In this document: positions 28,737-43,598 of the stretch, one piece after another | Position numbering within the stretch: position 1 is the stretch's first letter | Layout: every line of letters starts with the position of its first letter | NCBI GenBank assembly: GCA_951406725.2 | Contig: OX597837.1 | Coordinates: 16,058,001 to 16,122,000 of the forward strand | Source of the DNA: Octopus vulgaris | Taxonomy: Eukaryota | DNA length: 64,000 nt | Reading direction: 5' to 3' | Program-made: the position numbers and the translations under genes | The notes under the pieces: generated by a model | The model's database searches: none | Told to the model about the DNA's origin: nothing | What the model saw: only the letters and a program-made list of their open reading frames with translations

Positions 28737-29259
28737 AATGGTGATAATGGTGATGATGATGATGTTCATGATGATCCTGTCGACGACGAAGGTTTCTAAA
28801 TATAGACACATGGCAACAAATGAAACGGTGTATTTTGCTCTCATGAGATGAAAACATCTTGAAAGAAGGGGTTTTCTTTTTTCTTTCTGAAAAACTTTTA
28901 CAATGATACCGAGGGATTTTCCTTTCATCTCCCGATCAATTTGAATACTTTTGAAATCCCAGGAGTATAAGTGATCCTGCGATGAGTTTGGGGTTACAAA
29001 TAATCTTCTTTATACACTCAGATGGCGCTGCTTCTGTTTGGAAGTTCCGATTTTATTGCAAAGAAAAAGGTCGTGGCGTACTTATGGATGAAGAGGGAGA
29101 ATATGAAGAGTGTGCTTTACATTTCCGCGTTCAATTCTCGGTTGAAGTAAGAATACGTTACTTATGTGAAGTTAGCGCTAAAAGATGGCTCGAGAAGAAA
29201 CAAACAACAAAACAACAAATAAATATATATATATATATGTGTTGAATAACGTTAAGACA

Positions 29260-29802
29260 TGGTCTGGTTTTCACGTTTTTTATTAGAGTATTTAAATATT
29301 TTTGTAATGCTCATAAAGTAAAATTAGCGCTTTCATACATTGAGTACTCATCAGTTTTCAAATGTGTTTAACCGACACATTTTTCCTTTCCACAAACTAC
29401 ATGACGCAAGTTGGAAGAACGATAAAAGAAAAACGGTTTATTAAAATGTTCAAACTTGTTCTGAACGGAAATAACAGCAATAATATAACAACCAGTTAAT
29501 GATGTGGATTAAAAAATATAAACAAGTTACTGAATATCGATACGCCTGGCAAACCGTGATGTTTAAGAGAATGCGGATTGGTCAAAAAAGTATTCTAAAA
29601 ATTCAGCTGGCTGGAGCATTCTAAGTGGTACGAAAGTTTTCAAGAACTCAACTGTCAGTTAAGTACATTTGAAATCTGATGATTACCACAAATGTATGGA
29701 AGTGCTAATTTAACTTTATGAGCAATACAAAATAATTTTTAAAAAAATTTTTAATTTTGAAATGTTAAAATACCATAATAAAAAAACGTGGAAACCAGAC
29801 CA
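29260..29802. mobile_element. Foldback/MITE with long degenerate inverted arms
   Basis: tggtctggttttcacgtttttt pairs with aaaaaacgtggaaaccagacca, and tgctcataaagtaaaattagcgctttcatacatt pairs with aatgtatggaagtgctaatttaactttatgagca. Confidence 0.75.
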
Positions 29803-29844
29803 ATTGATATATTATTCTATACACATTCACACAAATGCAAAACA

Positions 29845-29879
<35 letters not shown>

Positions 29880-30088
29880 TGTATGTATGTATGTATGTAT
29901 GTATGTATGTATGTATGTATGTATGTATGTATTTTTTCCATAACTGTCAACTCTGAGGAGCGCAGAATTACATAATCGGACAATTACCTAACATCCCGTT
30001 GAACCCCTAGCGCAAAGCCGATTGGTTCTTTCTTTCTCTCTCTCTTTCTCATTTCTCTCTCTCACACACACATACACACATATTATAT

Positions 30089-30175
<87 letters not shown>

Positions 30176-30309
30176 GATAGATAAATAAATAGATAGATAG
30201 ATGTGTGTGTATGTATGTGAGTGTGTGTGTGTGTGTGTAAATATATATATATGTAAATATGTACATGCATGCATATATACATACATACATACATACATAC
30301 ATACATACA

Positions 30310-30343
<34 letters not shown>

Positions 30344-31784
30344 CATACATATATACACATATACATACATACATGCTAACATATGGCTTCTCAGTAAGAA
30401 GGACTCATCAGAGACGACAGCAGTGTAGCGTGTATCTTTGAGAATATTGAAGAAAATTTGATAGAAATTGTAGAGAAAATAAATTCTAGAAAGACAAACA
30501 AGCAGAAACCGAAAAATAATGACAATTAAAGAATTCCAAACACAAACACGGATATTAACACATTGGAAAAGTAAGAGAAAAGCACAACAAACACGTTTCT
30601 AATGTCAACACAGTCGTTGACGATCGGCAAAATGTTCACATCGCAGACAATATTAAAACAATATTTGCTCACGCCGTAAGTCGGATGTCTTTCAACGGGA
30701 GAAAGCTCGCTAATAATAAAAATATATATATATAGCAAGGCAAGTCGAAATTGGGAGAAGAAAATATGAATTTGTAACGAAGAATTCTTTTATTTCATCT
30801 GAGAGAAAGCAGAGGAACGTGACATACACCTGCCTCTCAAAAATCGAACTCGGTCTATGTATGTATGTATGTATGTATGTATGTATGTATGTATGTATGT
30901 ATGCATGTATGTATGTATGTATGTGTGTATGTATGTATGTATGTATGTATGTATGTATGTATGTATGTATGTATGTATGCATGTATGTATGTATGTATGT
31001 AAGGTCCACTGTGTTAACGCCTTCAGAGTATTCTCAAAGAAGTAATTAAAACATTTTGTAATTGGTGTGTGGTATGATATGATTTCCTTCGAATGAACGA
31101 TCCAGCCCTCCTGATACAGGGAAAGTCCAGCTGAGGACAATCAAGGAACCCCACAAGTCCAGGATTTCCTTGACCATCAAAGTACGAATCTTCTCCCAGG
31201 TGCATACTTAAATAAAGGCCTTTCACTCTAACCATTTTTGCTACAGTCCCCTATTTTCTAACAGTGTAGAAAATAAGGGTTATACCCGAGAACGTTGGTG
31301 TGGATTTTGAACCCTAGTTCGTCATAATCTTTGCGGCATCGTAAAAGTAGATTGTGAACATGAAGGTGGCCGGAAGAGATATGTGGTCCGTTGAAGTTCA
31401 CCACAGTGCGGACAAGTCATAGTGACCATCTTTCTCTACATGTCCTTAGAGCCATCCTGGAGAAAAATTATACGGGATTTTAAGATATCCAGGTGCTACA
31501 GATGCAGCAGTGAAATTACCTGAGGGGTACCATCTACAAGGTGCTGGAAACACAGAGTGGAGGAGCAACAGGTAGCAGCGGTGCTACCAACTTCAGTAAC
31601 AAGACTCAGAATGTACAAGTTACAAAAGACCAGTAAATGCAGCTGAAAGGATGTCAGTATGACTCACCTCATCCTCGTGCACCAGGAAGTTGAAGCCTCC
31701 ATTCTAGTCGTATCAACGTCGAAAGACGAAGTGGAGCAAATGGGCGGTTGGCAGGAGTGGAAAACTATAAGGGACAGTAAGATG

Positions 31785-32015
31785 ATTCTGCCAGCTCGCC
31801 GTCTGAAATAGCTATAATAATAACCTTTTTTACTATAAGCACAAGGCCTCAAATTTTGTGGGGAGGGGGACAGTCGATCACATCGACCCTAGTACTTAAC
31901 TGGTACTTGATTTATCGACCCCGAAAGGATGAAAGGTAAAGTCAACCTTGGCGGAATTTGAACTCAGAACATAGCATTTCGCCCGGCGTGCTAACGATTC
32001 TGCAAGCTCGCCGAC
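31785..32015 (-). mobile_element. Family B SINE
   Basis: Same core and tRNA-like head as the copy at 60383-60592. Another degenerate copy lies at about 32430-32620. Confidence 0.8.
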
Positions 32016-33083
32016 ATAATAGCAATAATAATAGTAACAACAACAGCCGCGTATGAATGGTACAACAGAAGCAACAATATTCAGCGTACGGGAGCAGGCC
32101 ATTACTATTAGATATGTTAAAATAAGGATCGTTAAGTATTGCAACATAGATGTGAGAATTGTTTGCCTGTGTGGCCTGTTTGCTGAAACTATACACCACA
32201 TTGTATGGAGTGACTGCCAATGAAAATAGACTTGAAAACACAATAACAACAACAACAACGTCAAGAAGCTGGTGTAGACAAGGCCTGGCCACCCAATTTC
32301 AATTCCTTCGAGAAAATAGATCTAAGGCACTCGAAAGGAACCTCTGCATGTCTCACAAAAATGACAATGCAAAAGAAGTACTTGGCTCTTATATGAAGCA
32401 TCGAAGATTACATGTTTCTGAATTAGTCACATGACCAACACTATTGAGAGGAGGGGCTTTAGTCAATTAGACCGCCCTCAGTACATGACTGATACTTTAT
32501 GGAAAGGATGAAAGGTAAAGTTGACATCGGCAGGATTTGAACAGGGAATTCAAAGAGCCGGACGAAACACTGCAAGACATTTCTCCTGCGCTTTACTGAC
32601 TCTGCCAAACCACCGCCTTTACCAGCGACCACAAGTTGAAACTAAGGATTAAAATAATAACAATACTGTGTTTATATAATTGACAAATGATTTTAATGCC
32701 GTGTGCAATCAAGCTGAAAAGACGGTTTTACATCAATTTAGCTTCTGAATAAAAATTTTTTTTTTAAAACCCCAAAAACCCAATGTAATTGTTAAGGGAT
32801 GTTTCTGCAATCCATTTTTGTCGTTGCTGCAATTGGAGCGACACAAAACTCTTTAATAGTGAGATTATCTGTCAGGATAAGTCTTTATCCCTGCATCCGG
32901 AAGTTCTTTAAAATCTGTTACTATACACATATATAGTTTGAATATATTTATTTTTATTCTTTTTCTTGTTTCAGTCACTTGACTGCGGCCATGCTGGAGC
33001 ACCACCTTTGGTCGAACAAATCCACCCCAGGATTTATTTTTTGTAAGCCTAGAAATTATTCTATCGATAGGGCGGCTTTTAAG

Positions 33084-33129
<46 letters not shown>

Positions 33130-33337
33130 GATAGATAGATATTTCGTTTTTGTATTTGGTTTGCAAGATTCTTTATGTACATTCGTGTATTGAAGCATAT
33201 TTTATTTTGTCGGGGGGGGGGGGTCACTCTCTTATTTCCTACCTTATTGCTTAACACACTTACCAGTTCAATTTCCACTCATTATTTATTTTTTCTAAAA
33301 TCTTTTCGTTGCGTCTTGCAAGTTCATCAATAGTCGG

Positions 33338-33368
<31 letters not shown>

Positions 33369-33378
33369 GTGTGTGTAC

Positions 33379-33457
<79 letters not shown>

Positions 33458-33594
33458 CATATACACGCACACACACACACATATTGATTGATTGATTGAT
33501 TCTAGTTTCAGCTTATGAGCTGTGGCCATGCTGGGGCACCGATATATATATATATATATATACATAAAAGTAATGTGTTTTTTTTGCTGAGCCC

Positions 33595-33684
<90 letters not shown>

Positions 33685-35293
33685 TTAGGAGTAAATCCAA
33701 ACTTACAGGGAAAAATTAGATTTAGGATTGAATCTAATTTTATAGTATAAATATATATATACATTAAATTAGAGATAAAACCACTATTAGGCAAATCAAA
33801 CAGTGAAAATCATAAGCCAATACATAGAAATAAAATTAATTAAAAAATATATAAAAATATAAAATATAAAATATAAAAATCCAATTAAAATATTTAAATT
33901 AAAGTTAAAATTTTAAGAAGTTATTTGAATTAATAATTTAAACTAATGAATTATAAATATATTTTTTATTATTTTATTTAATTTTTTATTTTTTAATTTT
34001 TTATATTTTTATTTTTATATTTATTTATTTATTTATTTTAAACTATCAAAAAGTATTAAAAGTTTAATATCAGATAAAGAGTAAAAACACTACGATCGTT
34101 TCATGCCCGTAACCAATTCGAATAACAATAATTTAAATTCAATTGATGATTCGAGTTATGGTTACAGTCAATCTTCAGGTTAATTGTAATATTTTAATAA
34201 ATAATCAAAAATATTTAAACAATATTTTTAAAGAAATAAATAATATAATAAATTTTCTTATAAAAAACTCTATTATCAAACTAGAAACTTAACGATTATG
34301 ATTATGTCAAAACAACTATTATAATGTTAAATATTAATTTTAATTTTTAAGTATTAATTTTTAAGGTAAGAAACCCACCAATAATCTAATATCAGTAATA
34401 GTCAATATCTAATTACATAAATATTTTACAAAAAAAAAATTAAAAAATTAAAAATAAAAATTAAAAAATGATTATTCATATTATTAAAATATAAAATTTA
34501 AATAATATATAAATTATCAATGAAAATATATAAATGTGTATAAATATTATAATTAAGATCTAAAATAATCTCTATAAATAATCTCTATAAATATATATAT
34601 ATGCACATATAATAAAGACCTAATATTTTAATTTTTCATATTTAAAGATGAAATAGCTAATTTCAAAAATACAAACAATCTTAAACGAAAGCTATAGTAA
34701 ATTAACTATCTTTATCTCGTTGACTAAATAATAACTTTCAAAAATCTTATCTTTAAAGTACTTAAAGAAATAATCAATTCGTAGTTATATAGTAACAAAT
34801 AAATACTATAAATATATTTATCAATGGGAATAATGTAACTAGCAAATAACAATTTAAAAAGACAATATATAAGTTAAAATAATAATTATAAGAAATTTAA
34901 AACTACAATTAATGCTATTAATACATGTATATACATGAATCTAACTTTAACCAACTCATATACTTGCTATCAAACAACATATCTATCGCTAAGTAAATTC
35001 TTACGAATAAACTTAAAGTTAATATCTAATAATTATATAGAAAATTACGATAATTAGATAAACAACGATATATACATAAAAAAATAATAATATTATACCA
35101 TAAGACTTATAAATATTAAAATTTAAAGATCTTAAATATAAATATATACTTAGCTTAGCGAGATTATTTTAATTGGATTTTTATATTTCATATTTTATAT
35201 TTTTTATATATTTTTTAATTAATTTTATTTCTATGTATTGGCTTATGATTTTCACTGTTTGATTTGCCTAATAGTGGTTTCATCTCTAATTTA

Positions 35294-35295
<2 letters not shown>
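33685..35295 (-). mobile_element. AT-rich Penelope-like element with inverted terminal segments and a hammerhead-like motif
   Basis: Inverted arms at 33763-33892 and 35165-35295, flanked by (TA)n. Minus strand at 34091-34178 reads CUGAAGA...long stem...GAAAC-GAUC-GUA. Confidence 0.65.
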
Positions 35296-35339
<44 letters not shown>

Positions 35340-35355
35340 TATATATATGTATATA

Positions 35356-35398
<43 letters not shown>

Positions 35399-35403
35399 CC
35401 TCA

Positions 35404-35451
<48 letters not shown>

Positions 35452-35455
35452 TATT

Positions 35456-35487
<32 letters not shown>

Positions 35488-36083
35488 ATAAATCTTGCCC
35501 AAGGTGCCACGCAGTGGGACTGAGCCATTTTAATATTAGTTGATAATGAGAGCTTAGGCAATCCACCTGACCACCTCCAACGAGAGTAGTTTACTTTTTT
35601 CTTTTGTTTCTGTCTTTTTATTAATGTAGTTTTTATGTGTGTTGACCCTGCCATTGTGTGTGAGTCTGTGTGTGTATATGAGCTTGTGTATGCGTGTGTG
35701 TTTATTTGGTGTGTCTTAAGTACCACGATGCTCACTCTGAGGCTGGCCAATATTCTTCTAATATTCTGATAAATCCCCCCCATCACCACTACTCTGCCCT
35801 CCACCGTCACCCCTACCCAACCTGTCACAGTCCCAGTTTCCAGTCGCCACCAATTCCTTTTGCACGTGCCAAACAGCCGGACTTCCGGTCATGTCATGCT
35901 AGTCGCTCGTTTCGTTTTCTTGTTATGATTCTCCCCCCCTCCCCCAAGATGGCAGGATTTCGGTGGCGGCACCCTTCCCTGCTGTGCGTGTGTGTATGGA
36001 TGGATGGTTACGTGCGTCCGTGTATAAACACACACACACACACACACACATATGTATGTACATGTCACTCTCTCTCTCTCTCT

Positions 36084-36114
<31 letters not shown>

Positions 36115-36288
36115 GTGTATGTATATATATATATATATATGTGTATGTATGTATGTATAATGTAAATAATATATACATATATGTACATACATACACACAT
36201 AAATCTATTATATGTATATACATATATATGTATATACATATGCATATATGGGTACAAGACATATATATATATATATACATAATATACA

Positions 36289-36348
<60 letters not shown>

Positions 36349-36474
36349 CATATATACATACATACATAATATACATCTATATATATATATTAGTGTGTCT
36401 GTCCCAGACACAATTAAAATATGTTTCAACACACGAATTCACATCGAGAATCTTGCAAACTAAATACAAAAGCG

Positions 36475-36519
<45 letters not shown>

Positions 36520-36700
36520 CACAGACACATACATATATACATGTGTGCGTGAGGTGTACCGATGTCCATTGAGCGTTTATATGATACATTTTTATTCTTT
36601 TACTTCTTCAGTCATTAGACAACGACCACGCTGGAGCACCGTTTTAGATGGCGTTCAGTAAAAAAATAATAGACTGGTTGTCAAAAAGTGAGAAACTCAT

Positions 36701-36739
<39 letters not shown>

Positions 36740-37252
36740 CATACACACACACTCATACATACATACATACGCACACACATACATACATACACACACATAC
36801 ATACATACAAACATACATACATACATACATACATACATACGCACATACATACATACATACATACACACACACATACATACATACATACATACATACGCAC
36901 ACACATACATACATACTGGTGACATCATAAGAACATAGAATCCTCGAGGACGTGAGTTCTTTTTCGGAAAGGTGAATCTCGAAGCTAATAAAGTCATAAA
37001 TACTGACGTGTAAACATTGATGCAGACTTCAAAATTCTTTGGATAGAAAGGATCGAAGGTTACCCCGAAGATTCGAACCCACGTCCCCTGCGAAAACGGT
37101 TACGGTTCAGAGTTGAAACACCCTATGATTGTTGGATACGGTCTGACGACATCAAGTTCTCCTGGTAAAAGCCACATTAATGAGGGGGGGGGATGAATAA
37201 GCATCTCCTCTTAGATATTGGTTATATAATTATAATACTTTAAGCGCATGTG

Positions 37253-37592
37253 AAGGCGCATGGCTCAGTGGTTAGCGCGTTGAGCTTACGATCGTGAGGT
37301 TGTGAGTTCGATTCCCGGACCGGGCTGTGTGTTGAGCAAGACACATTATTTCACGTTGCTCCAGTTCATTCAGCTGTAATGAGTTGCAACTGAAATGAGT
37401 TGCAACATCAATGGTGCCAAGCTGTATCAGCCTTTGCCTTTCCCTTGGATAACATCGGTGGCGTGAAGCGGAGAGGCTGGTATGCATGGCTGACTGCTGG
37501 CCTTCCATAAACAACCTTGCCCAGACTTGTGCCTCGTAGGGTAACTTCCTAGGTACAATCCCATGGTCATTCATGACCGAAGGGGTCTCCTC
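37253..37592 (+). mobile_element. Full-length tRNA-derived SINE (family C)
   Basis: A box tggctcagtggttagcgcg, B box gagttcgattccc, central gagcaagacac..ttgctccagttcattcagctg, and tail ccatggtcattcatgaccgaagg. Confidence 0.8.
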
Positions 37593-37689
37593 CATTGACC
37601 CTTCTGAGATACAGGAAAAAATCTATTGCAATAAACGAATTCAGATCAAAATTCTTGCAAACCAAAAATGAAATATTATCTAGTTTAGT

Positions 37690-38040
37690 TTTAAGATACA
37701 TCCGACGGATGTCCAGGCAGTTCTGAATCCTTCAACAGATCCTCTCAGCCGCTTCACTCAGCTAGGGTTAATCCCACTTTGCACCCCAACAGCAGAAGCA
37801 AGCCACTGGTTTGTCCACCCGGTGACATTCCCTGCAGCTTTCAGTGATTGAATCTATGACCCCCATCCCTCTCCCCCTCAGTAACTTCAACTTCAGTCAG
37901 AGCTTTGCAGAATGAACGACCCACAAAGTCTCGGCAGTCAATTTCTATTGCTTCGCAAAGTACCTGCCAGTACCCTGTTTTCTGCACTGCTCTACAAGCT
38001 CCTGGTATTTGGTAAACTTCCGCTCTTCAACTTCCTTCAT
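37690..38040 (-). mobile_element. 3' end of a HERO/NeSL-like RLE LINE
   Basis: [22 protein letters not shown] and, after a frameshift, WQVLCEAIEIDCRDFVGRS match the restriction-like endonuclease C-terminal motif (ERKxxKYxEL...W...PxEVGCRGF). Confidence 0.7.
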
Positions 38041-38087
38041 GTGTGTGTGCGTGCATGTGTGTGTCTGTGTGTGTGGTGATTGTGCAC

Positions 38088-38169
<82 letters not shown>

Positions 38170-38245
38170 ATATATACATATGTTTGTATGTATGTGTTAT
38201 GTATGTGTGTATGCATAAATGATGTATATATATATATATATATAT

Positions 38246-38309
<64 letters not shown>

Positions 38310-38839
38310 GTATTTATGTATAAATATATATAACGTTACTAACAGAAACCATCAAACAAGTAAGATTAAAGTTTGTGGGACAGTGTTGACGGAGACAGAA
38401 TGTGATTATAGGTCAGTTATTGCTATGAGAACCAGTAAATGGTAAAAAAAAAAGAAAGAGTCAGAGCTTGTTGAACATATGTGCAACAGTTGCTGGAGGC
38501 CAGAAACATTGAAAAAAAATATGTTGCAGAGATGATGGATGAGAGAGAGAGGGGGGAGAGGGGGAGAAGTGTGAAGGAGACTATGAGATTTGCTGACGGG
38601 ATCCCAGTGCGCTCGACGTGATGTAAAGCATTGAAATCACATTTGGTGAACAATAGCGTGTTTGGTTAAAAGTTGCCAATTGACCAATCACAAGTTCACT
38701 CTATTTCTCAGGCCCAGCGTGAAAACGCTGTCTACAGTTCGGTGTGGAGCGAATAAATAAACCAAGGAACGCTACTTAAAGATCACTGCTTACTTTGTCA
38801 TTTTTCTTCATTGGTAGAAGTTGGTGAAAGATACCCCAC

Positions 38840-38884
<45 letters not shown>

Positions 38885-38887
38885 CAT

Positions 38888-38962
<75 letters not shown>

Positions 38963-39039
38963 CATACATACATGTATACATACATATATATAAATATATA
39001 TATTCATGTATACATACATATATATATATATATATTATA

Positions 39040-39386
39040 TTGGTAAAAACGGTAAGATAACAAAAGAAAGAAAGATACCTCAATATTATGTAAATAGAGG
39101 AAATTTATCTATAAAATAATATGTTACATTACTCAATAGTCAAGATAAAACTCTGAGTTTCAGATGCCGAAGTGGAAATCCACAACACCATCTCTTCGGT
39201 TATCTGGCCATCTGAAAAACGCTATGAAAAAATACCGTTATATATCGGTTATAACGGTATTTTTTCATAGCGTTTTTCAGATGGCCAGATAACCGAAGAG
39301 ATGGTGTTGTGGATTTCCACTTCGGCATCTGAAACTCATAGTTTTATCTTGACTATTGAGTAATGTAACATATTATTTTATAGATA
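39040..39386 (-). mobile_element. Foldback element with a hammerhead-like motif, beside (TA)n
   Basis: 137-bp arms at 39106-39242 and 39250-39386 with one visible mismatch. Each arm encodes AGAUAA-CCGAAGA-GAUG..CAUCU-GAAAC-UCA(G/U)A-GUU-UUAUCU on one strand. Confidence 0.75.
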
Positions 39387-39779
39387 TATATATTATATAT
39401 ATGTATACTTGGAAATGGGTGCGTGGCGTCCAATTAAATAATAATATAAATAATATATATATGTATATAAGTACCCATATATGCATATATATATACATAC
39501 ACATACATGCGTACATATATATACAAACACACACACACACATACACACACATATATGTATGTGTGTATGTGTATGCTTATGTACAATCGGTCAGGGAGTA
39601 GTGTGATCGTCTAGCCTTTGGATAGAACAACTTGGAGGCAGCCCTCGACTTTTTCTTATACCAAACTCACACTACGCTCTTATTTATAGCTTTATCTGCC
39701 TCGAGCTAAAAATTCCAAAACAAGAATTATTTCATATTCTCTCGAAGTTTCCAAAGTTTTGAAATGTCAATAATATATA

Positions 39780-39830
<51 letters not shown>

Positions 39831-41327
39831 TTGTCTCTCCCTCCACCACTTGACAATCATTGGGGGTTTGTTTACGTCTCTCTAACTTTACACTTCGGCA
39901 AAAGAGACAGAATAAGCTCCATACTTTACAAAAATATCCAGAAAAAAGTTTTGGGGTTGATATGTTTGTTTAAAATACTTGGAGGTTGTGCACCAGCATG
40001 GCCGCATTCTAATGGTAGAACTGAGTAAAAGATAAAAGAAAGAAGGTACATTGGATATTGCATTTCAAAGTGTTATGTGTAAATGTAAGACGGGATGGCT
40101 GTGGCTGGAATGACTTTGATCATCGCCTAAGTGGTCGTGCTGAGCTCGGGACTAAGGTCCAAGCAGCAGCGAAACCACGCGTCTCGGGTTTCTACTTCTG
40201 AACCCAACAATGACTGACAAAGTCTTCATAAATTGAAAAACGGTGTCTAGGGTATTAAAGAAGTAGCTTTAAAATCTAGTTTAGGTGAATGGGACATTCG
40301 AGAAGCAGGGTGGGGGCATCGGGTGGCGGCATGGGGTAAAGCAATTGCCTTTAAAACGCAGGTAGAAGGGTTTTATGTAAGAATAAATAAATCTCTGAGT
40401 TTTAGAAGCCAAAAAGAAGCCACAAAAAATTCTACTCAGAAAAGTACCTCGCGAAGGAATAAGAAAAAAAAATGAAAAAGTGAGAAAGAAGTTTTGTTGT
40501 TGTTATTGTTGTTGTAATGTTGGCGGGTAATAACGAATGTAGGTTCGACGTCAGATTGTGAAGGTTCAAGAAGTAAAAACATAAAGGAAAAAAAAAAATA
40601 TATAATAAAAAAGAAGTATGAACAATTTCTTTTCAAATGCATGTTAAAACACAAATTCCTGGTGCTTGAATATAATTTTATAAACTTTTAGCACAGATTA
40701 GTTCACTAAGAAAGAGCATTAAATATTTTTTCACAGAAAAAAAGGGGAAGAAAGAGACCCAAGGAAATGACAAAATACACAAAACAAAAAGTAAAAAGCA
40801 AAACACCCGAAATGTGCTAGATAAGAAGCGGGGGGGGATTGTGTGTGCGTGCGTGTGTGTGTGTGTGTGTATGTGTGTGCGTGTGTGAGTGTGTGTGTGT
40901 GTGATGGGGTTAAACGTAGCCCTTGGCAGCTTCTTAAACAGTGGCAGCTGATTGGTCGGTTCCTGCTGCAAATCATTTCCAGCAGACAGGTTTTGGAGTG
41001 AACAAGTTTAAAGCTAAAAATCCTTCAGTAAATTTCATGTTTCTGGTGCGTTTCGTAAGATGTTCGGTGTTGGTGCGGCATTGAGGTAGTGTGTGTGTGT
41101 GTGTGCGTGGGTGTATGTGTGTGCGTGTGCATATGTGTATGTGTGTTTTCATGTGGATACTTGTAGATATATGCAAGCATATATATATATATATATATAT
41201 ATGCATGTATGAGTATATATGTGTATTATATGTGTGTATGTGCATGATTGCGTGAGTGTGAATATCTGTGTGCAATAACAAGTGCGTATATGAAATTGCA
41301 CACGCACACATAAATATAATACATCCT

Positions 41328-41388
<61 letters not shown>

Positions 41389-41509
41389 ATATGTATATAT
41401 ATATGCATGTGTATATTGCAATACACATATACACAAATATGTATAGATATACAGATATATCAGCCTGTATGTAGATATATGTATGTATATTTATAACTAT
41501 TAGCCATAT

Positions 41510-41900
41510 ATTCTCTTCTACTCTAGGCACAATGCCCGAAATCTTTAGGAAAGGGGCCAGTCGATTAGATCGTCCTCAGTACTTAATTTATCGACCCTAA
41601 AATGATGAAAGGCAAAGTCGACCTCTTCAGAATTTGAACTCAGAACTCAGAACGTAAAGATGAAATACCTATTTCTTTACTACCCACAAGAAACTAAACA
41701 CAGAAAGGACAAACATGAACAGACAAACGGATTAAGTCGATTGCATCGACCCCAGTGCGTAACTGGTACTTATTTAATCGACCCCGAAAGGATGGAAGGC
41801 AAAGTGGATCTCGGCGGAATTTGAACTCAGAACGTAACGGCAGACGAATTACGGCTCCGCATTTCGCCCGGCGTTCTAACCACTCTGCCAGCTCGACGCC
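41510..41900 (-). mobile_element. Dimeric or nested family B SINE
   Basis: Two tandem cores (tcgacccc..gatgaaaggcaaagtcgacctc..aatttgaactcagaac) and one tRNA-like head at about 41900. Confidence 0.8.
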
Positions 41901-42018
41901 TTTTATTAGTCAAATATCGTCAACAGCAAACATGTGTTAACATATATAAGAACAATTACATACGCATCACATCTACACACACAGATTCATACACACACTC
42001 ACACACACAGACACAAAT

Positions 42019-42055
<37 letters not shown>

Positions 42056-42490
42056 GATTCATATACACAGCTCTACGTGTACAATACGCAGATACACAGA
42101 CGCAGGCACACACACACACACACAAGCGTGTGTGTGTATGCACGTACATGTGTGTGTGTGTGTGTGTGTTTGTAATTAAAGTTATGTCAAGCAATGTATA
42201 AGTACTTGCATATTTATCATTCAAACATAAGGTTATTTTTGTGTACGGGTGGGGGGAGGGTAGGGCACGGCGAGAAGTAATAAATACGAAATAAGGGGAA
42301 TATACGTGTGTGTGTATATACACACACATAGATACAGCGAGAGAGAGACATGCACATTATATATATATAATGTATATGTATATATGTATATATAATGTAT
42401 ATCTATATATGCATATATGTATATATGTATTTATATATACATACACACACACACATACACACACACACACACATATATATATATACATAC

Positions 42491-42689
<199 letters not shown>

Positions 42690-43018
42690 TATACAAACAG
42701 ATGGGTTCGGACGTCAGATTTTTATGGTTTCAAAAGTAAAAAGATAACGGAATAAAAATATAATAAAAAATAAGCGTGAACAATTTCTTTTCAAATGCAG
42801 GCGGTTTAAACGCACAAGTCTCTGTTATCCGAGTGGTTAAAAAGTGTCAGCAGAAGGGCACCCAGGAATCATGACCTGAATGCGGCCCAGCTCCCCCATC
42901 CTTGAAGTGTAAGAAGTTACGGGCCGAAACACTTGCCTGGTGAGGTGTTTCCTTTCTGAAGACCTGTTGTTCAGCTGCCTTTAGAGTTTCGTACCACTAC
43001 ACCACACACACACACACA

Positions 43019-43109
<91 letters not shown>

Positions 43110-43112
<3 letters not shown>

Positions 43113-43520
43113 AAGAACCTAGAAGGACTTGTCCCAAACTTTGGCATCGAGAGTTACACAAATGCCAGAACTGGGCACCACTGCATAGTGCCAAGGACTC
43201 CAAATATGCCATCAAGATGTAGGACAAGATCCTGTGATAGCCTGGGCTTCCGAGGCCCACAGAAGAACCTAAGAGACCTGCATGGAGTGGATGCAGATGT
43301 CTTTAAAATGAAACTGGATCTCTTCTTGTCAGATCTCATCTTGTCCCAGATGAACCAACTTCACGGCAGGAGGTGCAGATTAGGGCAGCTGCATCGAACT
43401 CTCTCATGCACCAAATGGCAATTGCTAAAAAGCATTCGTGAAGTAAAATCATGTAGCAACACCAAATGGCAGTGCCCCAGCATGGCCACAGCTTGTGAGG
43501 TGAAACTAAATAAATAAATA

Positions 43521-43525
<5 letters not shown>
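43110..43525 (+). mobile_element. 3' end of a CR1-like LINE
   Basis: Translates to LRDLHGVDADVFKMKLDLFLS...PDEP and ends ggcagtgccccagcatggccacagcttgtgaggtgaaact(aaat)n. Confidence 0.75.

Positions 43526-43598
<73 letters not shown>

Noticed and set aside
31060-31770. GC-balanced block as a host exon or LINE ORF1 (contains RCYRC)
   Set aside because: No long open frame and an incomplete zinc knuckle. Probably a transposon relic, but I cannot classify it.
33890-35165. Mitochondrial insertion (NUMT)
   Set aside because: No recognisable mitochondrial tRNA, rRNA or protein motifs; the inverted arms and hammerhead-like motif favour a mobile element.
37253-37325. tRNA gene
   Set aside because: A and B boxes are present, but the acceptor stem is poor and the sequence continues into a SINE body.
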